From the NCBI GenBank assembly GCA_973895155.1, contig OZ316893.1:20154857-20218856 (forward strand): a stretch of 64,000 nucleotides of DNA, written 5' to 3'. The number at the start of each line of letters is the position of its first letter. Position 1 is the first letter of the stretch. This DNA is from Marsupella aquatica (taxonomy: Eukaryota; Plantae; Marchantiophyta). Positions 12,501 to 26,201 of the stretch are shown one piece after another. The notes under the pieces are model-generated. The model saw nothing but the letters and a program-made list of their open reading frames with translations, ran no database searches and was not told the origin of the DNA. The position numbers and the translations under genes were made by a program.

Positions 12501-14637
12501 GTTTTTCCTTCCATTCGGAGAGGATGGCATTCGTGGAACGGCATCGTTGGCAGCGGAGTCTCTACTCACATCATTTCCGAGGTGTGCAGAGCTCTGTACA
12601 GCACCATTGTCTTGAAGAGCACGGAGAAAGTGTTCCTGGTCTACAGAAGCGGCCATCTTCAAGGACTTCAACATAGAGTGCTTCTCCTGTTTCACAGGCC
12701 CGTGCTGTAATTCATTATCGAAGCCTTCAAGTTTTGTACGCACGGACTCTGACTGCATTCCCTGATCTCTCGCCCGGAGTTCCTCAGAAGCTAACACGCC
12801 CCCAATTGACCTTGTAGATATTCGAATGGAATCCGTCCTGCCCTCCTCGGACGACAATCTTCTCGCAGGTGATTTTGCCGAGTCCTTCCTCCTCTCCTCG
12901 GACGATGATCTGCTTCCCGACGATCCCGAAGAATGATTCCTCTTCTCCTCGAACGAGAATTTCCTTCCCGGTGATCCGGGTGAATCCTTTCTCGTATCTT
13001 CGGTCGAAAGTCTTCTTCCCGGCGATCCCATCGAAAGTTTTGATACATTCCTACGAATTTGTGCAGCATGGTCTCCTAGGATGTTGTCCAAGACGACATC
13101 CTGATCTTCCCGACATTTCTCAATCTTTGGAGTCATCTGACCCCGGTTTTGCTGTCTGAAGCTTTTAATCTGTTGAGTGGCATTGTTCTCTGTTGGAAGT
13201 ATCCGTCTCCTCGACGAATAGACTTCGGTGGTTGCTTCCTCATCTGCAGTGTAAGCATCGTACACGGAGTCCGATGGCGTACGTCTGCTCGGCGATTGAA
13301 AGAATTTGCTCAGCATGAACTCTTTCGACGCCTCCTCGACGTCCCTGGACCAGGATTGCTTGGCTTCATCGAGCTTGAGTTTCTCGGATTTCGACATCCA
13401 ACTGGGATGAACCGGCGACAAAGATTTCCTTTTCTCAAGGGATGAGAATGGGACAAGTGCCCTCGAAGATTCGTTGATTTTCACCGTTCGTTCGAGAATT
13501 TCTTTTTTCGAATTTGGTAATGCGGCGAAAGAGCTAGGTTGCTCCAATGATTCAGTCTGTTCGAAGAGCTTCTGTTGAGCCTTTACTGGTCTGATGCAAT
13601 CCTCCTCAGTCTGCTTGAGCTTCAAGTGTGCCTTTACAGGTTTCACAAAAGCCTCGTCGGCCTCTCTCAAGAGCCCCGGCTTCGCACAATCCTCGTTGGC
13701 CAAGTAACCGGGCCGTCCCTTGGCCTTCCCCGCAAGCTTTTCTATAAACTCTTTCTTGAAAAGCTCGAAAGCATCGTCATCGCCCTTCACTGGACTCCTA
13801 CCACTCTCCGGCAGTGGCTCTCGGAAGGAGGATTGTTGCGCCTTCGATCTCTCTGACTTGATGTCCTTTTGCTTCACTGCAGGAGTTGAATTCCTGGGCC
13901 AGTGGCCATTGTCTGAAAACCCATTCGATCCACTATAAGATCAATGCCAACCACGCACTAACCAAGCAAGATTAACCGCCCTTCCTAAATTGTTCTTTCT
14001 AAATTGTCACAAATTTTTACAGAATTCCTTCGTCTCTCATTCTCAGAGTTTCGAGCTCCGGCCTTGAAGAGTAAAGAAGATTACCTGCTTTCTGGCTCGG
14101 CGACCTTGTAGGACTTGTACCAATGACCTCGACGTTAGCTCTATCCGGAGAGCTTCCCACCCATCTGCACAATCGCGAGGCTCGAAACGTTAAACATAAC
14201 CAGTTCCAGAAGATGCTGGTAGAAGTGGTAAGAAACGCTCTACCGCACGGTGTGTGACTGGAAGACGTGCTGCAGGGTTCTTCTGCTTTGTGTATTTCGG
14301 CCCAGGATCGGTCTATCAAAGTTTACGACAAAACAAGAAAAGTATAGACGTTCAATTTTCGAGTAATATGTAGGAGCGATACCGTGCTGTTCAGGCGGGC
14401 TCAGATACCATCATACCCAACCTAATTTTCAAGAGAGCGCTCACTCCTTTCCAGAGGAGCGACCTACATCAATAACAGGACGGAAATAGCAATTCTAATC
14501 CGGACAGAGTGAAATGAAATCGATGCCATTTGCACATACTTGAGAGCGAGTTGTGCTTCCTTCATGGGCTTCTGTAATTCCTGTCTTCTCAGTGGGTTCA
14601 CTAACCCGGACGCGTGAACAGTTTCTACTCTCCCCAT
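9590..14637 (-). CDS. TON1-recruiting motif (TRM)/LONGIFOLIA-like protein with C-terminal DUF4378; predicted exons 14637-14541, ~14164-14086, 13876-11589, 11371-11137, 10713-9590
   Basis: Long ORFs of 778, 79 and 362 aa join through phase-consistent GT-AG sites. TRM hallmarks: EEPSPVSVL, FDVVNETL and C-terminal DLERRILDDLLEE. The two 5' exons are less certain. Confidence 0.85.
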
Positions 14638-15837
14638 GATTGCTAGAACCTCCAGTCGTTCCCCGCCTTGGAGATTTCCTGACCTCCTCACCAAACCTCG
14701 CCCATCGTCGCGCCACTCCTCAATGCGGAATAGAGTCCCGTGTGTTGACCTGGAGCGCAGTTGGTCGACCCGTAAGTAAACTCCTGTTTATATTGCGCAA
14801 CCAACCCGCTCCTATTAACTCACTGATTGAGAGTTCTTATAAGCTCACTCTTGAGTGGACTCCGAAACCTCTCTCTCTTCGTGACTGGAGGGTGATCTAC
14901 GAACTGCTGCGTGATCAGACCACTCTCTCCCGCCCTGCGACTCTTAGCTTCAACCCCGTCAGATCAACTCTACTTTACGGCGACCTGCCAATCACTCCAA
15001 CGAAATTTGTCGTCAAATATCTAGCGGCCATTTCCAGATGACATTCCTTCCATTCGTCTGCCATAATTGTGATCAGTAATCTTTCACATACGTCATCGTC
15101 CATTGCCTCCCTTCCATCGAAATCCAGTGGCCAGCGTTAGATAGCACACGTAATGTCGTCATTCCGCATTGCATACATCGCAAAATGTATCCTTCACTGG
15201 AAACCAATGAACCACAGAATGCAACAACGGCAAAGAGGGAGCCCGCAATGCTCTTCACTACCGGAGCAGCACCCTTTGCCTTTGCCTGACCCACCGCTGA
15301 CCAAGCCGGTACCGGTCACAGCTGTTTGCATGCTATCATCAACATTCGCATTGCAAAGAAATAATTGGACCCCTCTCCACACGCACGCTTAAGGTCCGTC
15401 CGCAGCAGCTTCCAGAACACTTCTACAAAACGTCATGAGGGAATCATCACTCCAAGGAAAATGACATTTCCTCCGCCACCTCGAGACCAAAATCATGACA
15501 CTCCCGCCACCTCATGGTGCTCATACGTTGTTGGTAAAGGTCGCTATTCCCTCCCAAACTCATTCTCACTCATTCCTTCTGTCGTCTTACCGTTACATAC
15601 TACAAAACTTCGTGCTATTACTTTTGTTTAATAGCTTCTCCATGTCCTTCAGTGCGAATCGGCATTCGCCTTCATCGCCCGGCCCGTCGAGGCCGTCCTC
15701 GCCTGGCCTGCAGAAGCGAGCCGCGACAGAAATGCCTCCTCCAGTCGACGACCATTTCCTCCCAGAATCCCAGGCCGTCCGGTGCTAAACAAGCTCGATC
15801 CTCCTCGAGCACTCCCAATTCGGCCGGTTGCCAATTT

Positions 15838-15910
15838 TGGCGGGGTGGGACTCGAAACGAAGGAAGGAGTTCAAGCCCGGATGGTCCAAGCCACTCAACC
15901 ATGCTACTCC
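15838..15910 (-). pseudogene. Degenerate tRNA-like sequence (tRNA-Ser(TGA)-like pseudogene or SINE head)
   Basis: Minus strand has an A-box-like TGGTTGAGTGG, an anticodon-loop-like GGGCTTGAACTCC and a B-box-like GTTTCGAGTCCCAC. The acceptor stem does not pair well. Confidence 0.45.
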
Positions 15911-15973
15911 TATGGAGCGTGATACTTTTTCCACCTTATCTTTGACACCATGCAACTCCCACTGACTCATACC

Positions 15974-16143
15974 TTTTACACCTTGGCTATGACACCATTC
16001 TGATTTCCAACTAGTTTATTTCTCTCTCTTTCTCTCTTTTTGGAACATATATAGAGATGCGTAAAAGAACATATAAAGAGATGAGTACTGATAACTTTTA
16101 CACCTTGGCTATGACACCAATCTGGTTTCCAATTAGTTTATTG

Positions 16144-16175
<32 letters not shown>

Positions 16176-16192
16176 TAAATAGAGATGAGTAC
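15974..16192. repeat. ~120-bp direct duplication, each copy containing a (CT)n tract
   Basis: TTTTACACCTTGGCTATGACACCA.TCTG.TTTCCAA.TAGTTTATT at ~15974 and ~16095; (CT)n at 16144-16172. Confidence 0.85.
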
Positions 16193-19100
16193 ATTGCTGG
16201 GCCTCTTTGGTCTTCTCTGGGTAAACCCCTTTCACTCCCTTTATTGGGTCTTTTTTCCATTCGGATCATGTCTCCTGGTTGGGGTTCCTGTCTTTTTGGC
16301 AGTGTGATATACATTGAAGTTTGTTTCACCAATTAACCCTTCAATTGAGTTCAATGACTCATCACCACCATTTCCATAGATTGACCCTTGCCCCCCACCA
16401 ATCCACATTTTTTCACCCCCTCAACTTCAGGTATGCTTCAAGAGGCTTCATTCATCACATGCTGCACCATTTCCCCCAATACATAGATTCACCCTTGCCC
16501 CCTCAACGTCAGGTATGCCCCCAAGAGGTTTCATTCTTGATGATTGGCCCTTAAGAGTAGGTTCACATCACTTCTATATACTGATATTTCAACCTTCAAT
16601 ATCTTAGTTGATTTCCTAGACAGTGGATTGACTGTTCTTGAGCTAGCTAGAGGCGTACACTTCCACTCATTGACATCTTTCTCATTTCCAAACAATTTTT
16701 TAACAACAAATTTCAATTGCCAATGTCTCCCTTGATATCTGTTATTGGGGCTAGTTAGAAGGCTCCTAAAGATCTTCCAACCAGTCTAATATCTCTAGTT
16801 TCCTTATAGCATTGAGAGAGCTTTGAATATTGAAACGTTACTTGATCTTTATACTAGAGGTTTTGAAAGTTTGTGAGCAGCTAGCTAAGACAATTGAATA
16901 ACTCCCTCTGCATCCCGTAAAATTGGGGTTTGTTAGAACTGCTCAGAAATATCTTTAATATGAGTCTAATATCCTCAAACTTCACTGAGAATTGAGAGAC
17001 TCACCTAATAGCTTCCAAAGATAAGTGTCTACTGTTTTTTTCACGTTCCACTCATATAATATGTACTATATGAGCAGTTTTGTTGCTGACCATCCTGGTG
17101 GTAAACGTTTATCCAGAGATTTTGGCAAAGTAACTTTTTGCACAAAACAAAGGTTACAAAAATTTATACCCGGACAACCTTTTTCTGGACAAAAAGCACT
17201 TACAAAAATTGATGTCTGGGCAGGGGTCCTAGTTTGATCCTATGTCCGGAATGTTAGAAAAAGCTTCCCAGCTACCATGCTTCAGCTTGTTTTCACGTTA
17301 TCCTATATTGGAAGTGTGTCTCGCTAGGATTCTCAGGCTTGTTTTCTTCCTTTATTGGATCTCTTGCCTTTGAGATGTGTCGTTCAGAGCCCTTCGTTTG
17401 CATTGTTATATGATTTTCTTGTCACATTTCACTCATCTCCTTAGTATGTTCTAAGTGAAAAAAACATACTAAGTGAAAAAATAGTGAGTTACAACAATGG
17501 TACAAACGAGGGGGTCCAACTTGGCTTCAATTCCCTGAAACAAACTCTGGTCATAGCAGCACTGCAGCAGTGCAGCACCAATGCACCAACGCCCCACCAT
17601 CAATTTACCATGGCTAACTTCCGTACTGGACCGTGCCAAAGTAACATTATTCCGTGCAAAGTAGCAGCCGAATGCAGGCTGCAATTAATTACCGTATGTC
17701 TCCCTCTCGTCATCAATACATTATCGGGATTCGAGACCTTTGTCGCTGATCTAACCCTCCCTGTCGCAAAGATTAGGCTCAAACGCATGAGAACATCGTG
17801 ATCCTATATATGTTACTGTCTTACGATTGTACAACATTGCAACTTACTATTAAATCTTTGACCCGGATTGACTAGAGAAAAATTAAATTTAAGCTCGGAT
17901 TGATCATAATATTTGACTGCAGAACTCCGATAGACTAAACTTTTTGACAGCTAAAAACTAGGGGCCATAATTCGTATGGTGAGAATTTTTTTGACTATTT
18001 AAATTATGTTTGTAAATAAGAAACGGTATGGGAAAGTTGAGAGGAACAATCAGAGTATTAGGGCTAGTGAAGAATATCAGTCCCAACGAAGCAAAGCACC
18101 GGGCAAAGCCAGGTAAAAATGGGACCTCGGTTGTTGGTTTCAGGGCTTAGATTGCCTTACAAATTCATCCACTTACCAATTTTAGAATTTTGAATATTAG
18201 TTACGTGTGTTGTTCTATTTCTTACTATGCAAAGTCCAGATATAACTTTCTCGTAGCAACACCACTTATGATTATGGATGTTACAAATTTTCAGAAATGT
18301 CTGTAGTAACATACTAAGCAGCACTTGGGAGCCCTCACTACATAGGGAGCACTCCTTTAACTTGATTTTTCTTGACTCATCTCATGTATTGCAGTTCACT
18401 TCTTACTAAACAATTTCAAGCTAAACAAATAAAGAATGATTGAACATGCTTTCAACACAAATAAATAACAAACACTTAATCTTACTTATAAATCACAAAC
18501 TCCAAGCTAGAGTTGGGGTCTAGGTTTTTAGAGTGAAATCTCTAGACCATAATTTTATGGTCCACTACATGGATGGAAAGATTCTTGGGTATATTATGTT
18601 ATGATCATGTGTGTTTTTTTTGTCATGGTTTCTATTTATATATTTTAAACTGCCAAAAGCAATTGGCGTCCAACCGGGAGATATCTCAGGCAAAAGATCC
18701 AATCAAGGGGGGACAATTAAAGGGCCAAGAAAGGCCAGGAAGCAAAGAAAGTAACAACGAACTCCCTCAGACCCAAAAACCAGGGCCCAAAGCCTATTGA
18801 TGAGCAAACTGATTCAAATAATGTGTATTCAGGCTTGTATACAAAAAACAAACATATGACTACAAACTATTTCAAAATGGTCCAATCATGCAGAGTGATC
18901 CATGCTAATTACAATGATCCCTCTAAGCATCCAATCATCAGCCAGCCCAACAGTGAAAAAATATGAGGAATCTTGTTTTTGTCTAATTTGAAATATCAGA
19001 TAATGCTGGTTCATTCTGATTTTACAGTCCCTCTGAGCTTGTGAGCATCCCGTCTATAGGAGCTTCAATTTTTATTCTGAAAATACATAGATATATTGTA

Positions 19101-21113
19101 TAATCTAATGACACCCATGTTAGACCTAAGATTTAGAATAGAAAACCCTGTTTTTCTCAGAAACAACATTTTGAGAATTCATCCAAGCTTATGAATCCAG
19201 GCTTCCCATGGACACATGACAACTAGAACAGGATTCTAGTACATTTTTTTAATGTTTGCGTGGGCTCTGGGGCCTCCTCTCATCCAGATTTTCTTTCATG
19301 TACCTTTCCTATTGGTTCACTCCATTCTGCTTTGTTTGATCCTTTTATAATAATTTTCCTTTTATCTTTTCTGTGTCTGGAAAACACAAACGTGACAAAT
19401 CATTAATGTCTTAGATCTCTTTTGGTGCCCAGATAAACATCCTTGACCCAATCTTTCATGTTAATAGAAATATCCTTTTTGGTAGCGGAATCAATACTCC
19501 AACACCTAAATTGGTCACATGGGAACATTAGAAGCTGGAGAATTGCAGACTCAGTCAGATTTGAAGTTAGTGGTACCCCTGAGTTCTCGCTAATGAGGTT
19601 ACAAGAGACAAAGTTGCCGTTGAGGTATTTTAGAAGCATGGTATCACCCATTGTGGGAATTGCACACAGCTGAGCAAAATTGTTATCGTCCGTTCTCATT
19701 CCATTACAATAATTCATGACCCGAATTCTTCCTCGAGCAGTATCTTATTTAATAGGTCGACTGGAAGGGTTGACACGTTGATATCTTTTATAGTCATATA
19801 AAAGTTTGGTCAAATAATTGGTGAACAAACATAGGTGAACAACTACCCAAATCCAAACCAATAAGTAGAACCCAACCTTGGAATGTTTTTCGAAAGACGA
19901 AAAGGGACAGTTGCCCATAACGTTTTTTTCCCTTCAAAACCAAACCGACAACTATGACTCTAGACAAATTCGTCTTCATAACCTTCCTATGCCATTTGCT
20001 CCTATGAGCTTTACCAGAACTCTCAGTGTACTGCTCAATAATGCTTTAGTTACTTGGTAGTTGCCGGGGCTCTCAGGCTTTTTAGCTCCTTGGTTTTCTT
20101 GGGCTTTCTTCCTTGTGTTCTTGACTTTATTGGGTCTAGTCACTTTGAGATCCTATCTCCTGCTTTATGCCCTTTTGTATATGTGGTCCTGCCTCTCTTA
20201 TGGTACTCTCCCTCTCTCCCCTCGTCCTCCCTTCTTGTATATCCCTTCTCATAGTTTTGGATATTTTATACCCTCCACCAAATACTCATCTATGCCATCA
20301 AGATGCAAGACACACACCACTCTTAAAGGTCAGGTCTAAAATGTTGAAATATATGGGCACCTTCCGAAACCAAGAGATTCAATAAACCTCCAATACACAA
20401 AGCTGACCCTTAAACCAAAACGTCTGCCAGTTGGAATGATTCCCAATTGAAGACCAGAGAACGAAAACAGAACGAACGATCAAGGAGTAAAAGACATACA
20501 GCAACTATTATGTATGTCAACATGACATAAACGTGTGTACCTAGACCCTTATCGATGGGTGATACATAATTTAATTAAATAATTAAACAAACAAGTCTGT
20601 GTAAATCACTCTCAAGCCAAGAGGAGCGGAAGAAAACAAAGGAAAGAAAACTGTGGTGTGGTACGATGCAAAACACTCCTAAGCCAAGGGGGATGGACTG
20701 AAATTGAAGGAAACAAAACCATCAATATGCAACAGACACACCGATGATGTAAACATGAGGCCAGATGGAGCGCAATCCAGAGCTAGGACTTAGGGGCAAA
20801 CAACTATTGAGGAAACGAAAGGACAGTCAAGAAACAATAGGCAATTATTTAAAAGATCGTACTCATGTAAAAGTTTTGCCAAAGTACATTCCCATGGATA
20901 TGGGGACACTTACAAGATGTCCGGGGCACTTATGACTTGTTCTCATCGAAGCCAATTAGAATAAAATCTAAAGATAAACTCTGGATCAAAAATCTTTTGA
21001 AAGAAAGTCCAATGAATGCATGTCCCTTGGACGAGGAGAAATAAAGTTCAACGAATGCATATATCCCTTGGACGAGGAGCCAAAGGTTGGAGATATTTGC
21101 ACCTCCTCTAGAG

Positions 21114-22091
21114 TACCCCGAGTTAAATCTATATCACGTTAATGCTCCCCCACTTCCCCGGGGCACCATACACTGCCCGTCCCAGTCCCCGATGCTGTTG
21201 TCCGCTCCAGCCCAAGTTTGGGAGAACATAAACCAATACTCTACAATTTAAATCATGCGCTCCGGTCCGATTAACTTTGCGCTATCGACTTCAGGTTTAT
21301 GTTTTGGCATCCAAAATGTTTTGTCGGTCGCTCCGGCCCAATTGACTTTGTGCCATCAACTTTTTGGAAGAAGTGTTGCCAAAACATAAACCACCACCCC
21401 ATAGAGAATAAATATTTGGCACAACATAAACCAAGACTCTATCAATCATGACTCTCGACCAAAGTATTAGGCTCCCCTTGAACATTGAGACTCTATTACA
21501 AAATAGGTATGACTCCATTGGAAAGAAGCTTTGACAGAACCTAAACCCTGACTCCATCGAGCAGAAGCATTTGGAAAAACATCTACCAAGACTCTAGAAT
21601 CACAACTCTTAACCAAAATACTAGGTTGTGCCTAAACACTTAGACACTATTACCAAACAAGCATGACTCCCTTGGAAAGAAGTGTTGCCAAAACATTAAT
21701 CACAACTCCATAGAGAATAAGTATTTGGCACAACATAAACCAAGACTTTATAAATCATGACTCTTAACCAAAGTACTAGGTTTGCCCTGAACACTTAGAC
21801 TCTGCTGGAAAGAAGTGTTGCCAGAACATAAACCAAGACTCCACAAGGAATAAATCGATGACACAAACTTAAGTCATCAGGCTGGAGCAAGCGAAGGTGC
21901 CAAAACATAAACCCAAAGTCAATGACCCAAAGTTTATCGGGTCGGAGGGCTTGACAAAATGGTAGAGTATTGGTTTATGTTCTGTCAAACTTGGGTCGGA
22001 GCGGGCAGCAACATCGGGGACTGGGACGGGCAGTGTACGGCGCCCCGGGGAAGTGGGGGAGCATTAATGTGATGTAGATTTAACTCGGGGT
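21114..22091. mobile_element. Non-autonomous foldback/TIR element (hAT-like) with ~200-bp inverted arms and internal tandem repeats
   Basis: 21115-21312 is the reverse complement of ~21896-22091 (ACCCCGAGTTAAATCTA...TAGATTTAACTCGGGGT). TCTAGAG is directly repeated on both flanks (21107, 22092). The interior repeats AACATAAACCAAGACTC-type units. Confidence 0.85.
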
Positions 22092-23629
22092 TCTAGAGGT
22101 AATCTAAACTGCTAGACAAACTAAGCCTTCCCCGTAGCATTTCCTTTGGCTCACTGCTCCCGTACACGTGCATGATTGGTGCAGGAGTATGCATCCATGC
22201 ATGTTTGGCGAAAGAGTACCCTTGACATAAGTCATCCAGCAAGCATAGCCCAGCATAACACTCTTCATTGTGAGATTCCGAATTCAAGCAACATACATCA
22301 GTTTAGGGTCTTAAAGTTTATGGGTCTTACCATGTACCCTAATTTGATAGCTATCTTTTGTCCAAAGCCCTTTGTGCCCAGAAGACAACATCTACAAAAT
22401 TTGGAGTTCCTCATCTTATTATCACCTAAGTTGAAATGTGCAGGCCACAACTTCTATGCGTGGGACCCAAGGGGTTGCAGTACACGGACCTGAATGGGTG
22501 GGATGGCTAGCTAGGGCATGAACTTGCTACGCACATTTGGCTGGGTCAAACCTAGTAGGCACTCTGAGCATGGAACGGTACTTATGGCCAGAGCCTTTAT
22601 CAGACTGGTGTTACAGCAAAGGATGGCGAGGGTATGAAACTTTGCTAAGCACATTTGGCTAAGTCAAACCTAGCAGAAAGCTCTAGCCAGGGAGATGGAA
22701 TGGTACTTATGGCCAGAGCGTTTACCGGACTATTGTTCCAGCAAACTATCACAGATATTTACTGTTTCGACAGAATGATGACAGGTTTAGGTTTCACATG
22801 GGAATTAGTTAGAGCTGTTTGAATAACCTTCACCTTCCATGTAACATTAAACCCTAAACCCTAACAAAGGCAATGCGAACCTTGAACCACAATGCCCAGA
22901 AAGGCTGGGAAAGAATTGGCAGGGTGAATTTAGATCCACTTAGAGTTTGTAGACGGTGAGCATTCAATTGTAGGCTACCAGTGCGCCACACTTTGTCCTT
23001 GCAGCCAGGAATGCTTTTGAGTTTTCTCAGAAGGGATCAGAGGTGGTTGACATTGCAGCCAAAGTACCAAAGGAGCCGAAGCATCTGCTATATCCTGAAG
23101 CAGTCGCCCATCCTCTATCAATTTTACTGAAAGACGTACACAAGAAACTGTCGTTCAGGTGCAGCTCATACTGGCAGGTGTTAGAATAAATCGTGGTATA
23201 TCTGTTCTAGTGACATCATATCCCCTGCTAGAAGTGCTTCTTTGCATCATCATTTGCTGTCTTGATAATTCTTCCATATCCCAAGGACTGTCCCTGTCAG
23301 TCAATTAGATGGGCTGTCCCTTTAGTGCAGTTTCATTGCTTGGTAAGACCCAAACAGGGAACTCGTCACCGAAGATGTATGGGGTAGTTGTCGAACGACA
23401 AAAGATTGTTCGCCAAAATTTCCAGGCCAGTGAACCAAATGAAGTGACCAACCATTCAAAGACTAAATCAGTTATTTAGGTGGGCTTTGCCCTTCACTAT
23501 CCTCTCTGGCTCTCTAGAATTACTTGGTAAGCGACAGGATGGGATCAGTAGTAGTTGGGGCAGTCGGGGCCTCGATCTGCTCAGCATCCAGGTCGCAGCC
23601 TGCCCAAGTTTCATGTTAGGCACCTTTTT

Positions 23630-23890
23630 TTTGGTTGGCCTTGAAACCAGAAAGCATAGCATGCAATTTTATGTAGTCACAATATATGGGACAATACCCA
23701 GGGATCCTACAAAGACCCAGACCAGGAGTTTTTTGGCCTTGAAAACAGAAAGAATAGCATGGAATTTTATGTAGTCACAATGGGACAATACCCAGGGATC
23801 CTACAAAGACCTGGACCAGGAGGGAGAGACAATTTTATGTAGCCATAAGGGGACAATATTCAGGGATCCTACAAAGACCCAGACCGGGTG
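23630..23890. repeat. Three-copy degenerate tandem repeat
   Basis: AATTTTATGTAG...GGGACAATA..CAGGGATCCTACAAAGACC recurs three times. Confidence 0.85.
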
Positions 23891-25489
23891 GGAGAGAGGG
23901 TTAAACCAGGTCCCAGAGCGGATAACCAGAGACTCAGGAGATAACCAATACTCCAACCATTACACCCCACACACATATACCCTCCACACCCTTGCTTGAG
24001 GAGAGGGAACCTTGAGGAGAGGGGACCGTGGGTTCTAGGCTCATCCCTTGGCCCAACTCACCAAAGCCAGTTGATTATGTTAGGCAGGTATTGACCAGGT
24101 TGTCACAACTGATGCAGCGATGACTTATCTCAAAATGGATATGTTTGGTGCCCATGTATATGTTGATTATGTCAATAGATTGTGAATGACTGCAAAGAAA
24201 CAGCGTATACTCCTAAGCAGTCTGGAAAGAGGTCAAATGTTCAGATGTGAGAAACTGGGGGGTTAAGCTGGCGAAACTAAAGGATTGGTGCACACAGGTG
24301 TAAACTTTCGTGGTGGGAACAACCTGTGAATCAATCATTCGGCGCCGGAAATCATGGCCGAGATCTCTGCAGTTCATGAATATTTTGAGGATCCGTTTAG
24401 TTCTTATCTTTCGACGAGGAGAACCCCAGCACGTTTCTAAATGATTAAACATGAACATTGCAGTTTCTGTCCATGAACTGTGTGTTTCTTCGAAACATCA
24501 CTAGGACATGACCACCTAGAATGTGCATTCAGAAGGACACTATTCTTGTGCATTCAGAACAATATGCACTATCCGTCTTCTAGACGGATATCACCATTCG
24601 TAGAAGGATCTTACAAGAATACTGTTACCAAAAATGATAGTTTACGGGCATCTAGGTGACAGAGGTCTGACATTCAATGGATGCCCAGCTTTATGGTCTG
24701 GGAACCTGTGTTGCATAGTTTCAGGACGAGGTTGAATCCGAGCTGACTTTTCTTAGTGGATCCATCTTCCACACGGGTCGTTCCTGCCGGGATCTTTGTT
24801 TTGGGTCACAATAGTAGATGGCAGATCCCGGATGATTGTTACGTCATGAGATTTAGATGATACGTAGTGAAGGTGTATATGCTAAAGTGAGACCTCTTTC
24901 GTAACGCACACGAGTGTAGGCATATTTCATTTCGCATTATCTTGACCGCCGTCGTGAGAGCTGATATTGATTTGCAGCGTGGGGAATTTGAAATAATATT
25001 TAGCTTCTTCATCATTTCTTCCCCTCGTGGCGAACCCTGCATGTCCGCACTTGGAGAGAAATAGAGAATTTTAGCCGAAGAGATTCGGCTTTGCAGCGGG
25101 ATTTCTCACTCGCAGTGTTTAATCATGAATTAAAGTAAATAGGAGCATTGGCTTTGAATGCTAAAGTTACGGTAGGCGGTCTACTGCCGCGATGATTTCG
25201 CGGTGGAGAAATCAATTTATGACGATGATTTGAATTGTCATGGTTTATTTCAAAAAACTACGGAGAAATCACTTTCTTAAGGGCAGTGAGGATTGGGGTC
25301 AATATGGGAATACTGAAGTTTGTCTGTGGGTCGTACTGAAATGCATAGAACTACATTGCAGATATGGTGCGACTAACTATGAACAGCAGTTGAATTTGTG
25401 AAATAAATTATTGAAGCTAAAGGCCCGGGGAGAGTTGAGGCTCTATTAGACAGGTCTTTGCAACTGACTTTCCGATGGGATATGTTCAC

Positions 25490-26201
25490 GAACACCGTTC
25501 GCAACTGCACTCACGAAGGCCATTTTCTCAGATGGCTACAAATCTGTACCAGCAGGAATGAATGCCATGAATTTAAGCAGTGCAATCCATCTACTTGGCG
25601 CTGTTGCTGCACATTTGAAAACAAGAGCCAACATGATCAGTACAACGGAAGAGATCGGCCAAGTGAGTAGCTATGACTTGATGGGTTTCTTGTGTGTAAT
25701 TGTTTAGACGCTACAGCCTTGCAGGTTGAGTAAACCTGCTTTGATCTTATATTGGAACAATTTGGGCCAATTGAGAGCTCGGGGGATGGAGAAAGTGGGA
25801 ATAGAGGAAGTTATCACTGTGTCTGTAAGTGATTGCAATACACAATTCATAATGGTGCCAAAACAATTTGCGAGCTTTTAGATTTTCCTCGTGTCCTTCT
25901 TTGTTGTGGTATTTTACTCCCATTCTCTGCAAATGTTTGTGTGGATTTCATTTCTTGCCCTGTATTTGTTACGATGGACGTACTAAGACCCTAAACCTCT
26001 AAACTTGCCTACGGAAAATGCTCCTCCTAGTCACACCTCAGTGAATGTCCCATTGGTCTTCCTTCTTTCAAGTACAGATGAATGCGATATTGCAGGACGG
26101 AAAGAATCTTTACAAACGAACTCAAAGTTGTGGAGGGCATGAAGCTTGAGCAAGGCTATATAACTGCTTACTTTATTACAGATGTTAAGTCCCCAGAAGT
26201 G
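25490..26201 (+). pseudogene. Mitochondrial-type chaperonin HSP60/CPN60 internal fragment; 3 exon remnants (~25490-25662, ~25750-25824, 26096-26201)
   Basis: Remnants read ATALTKAIFSDGYKSVPAGMNAMNL...HLKTRANMISTTEEIGQ|GT; IGTIWAN*../MEKVGIEEVITVS|GT; AG|DGKNLY/NELKVVEGMKLEQGYITAYFITD|GT. These are colinear with HSP60 but carry a stop and frameshifts. Confidence 0.88.

Noticed and set aside
16300-17800. Scattered 60-105 aa ORFs suggesting a decayed transposase
   Set aside because: No catalytic or family motif is recognisable by eye.
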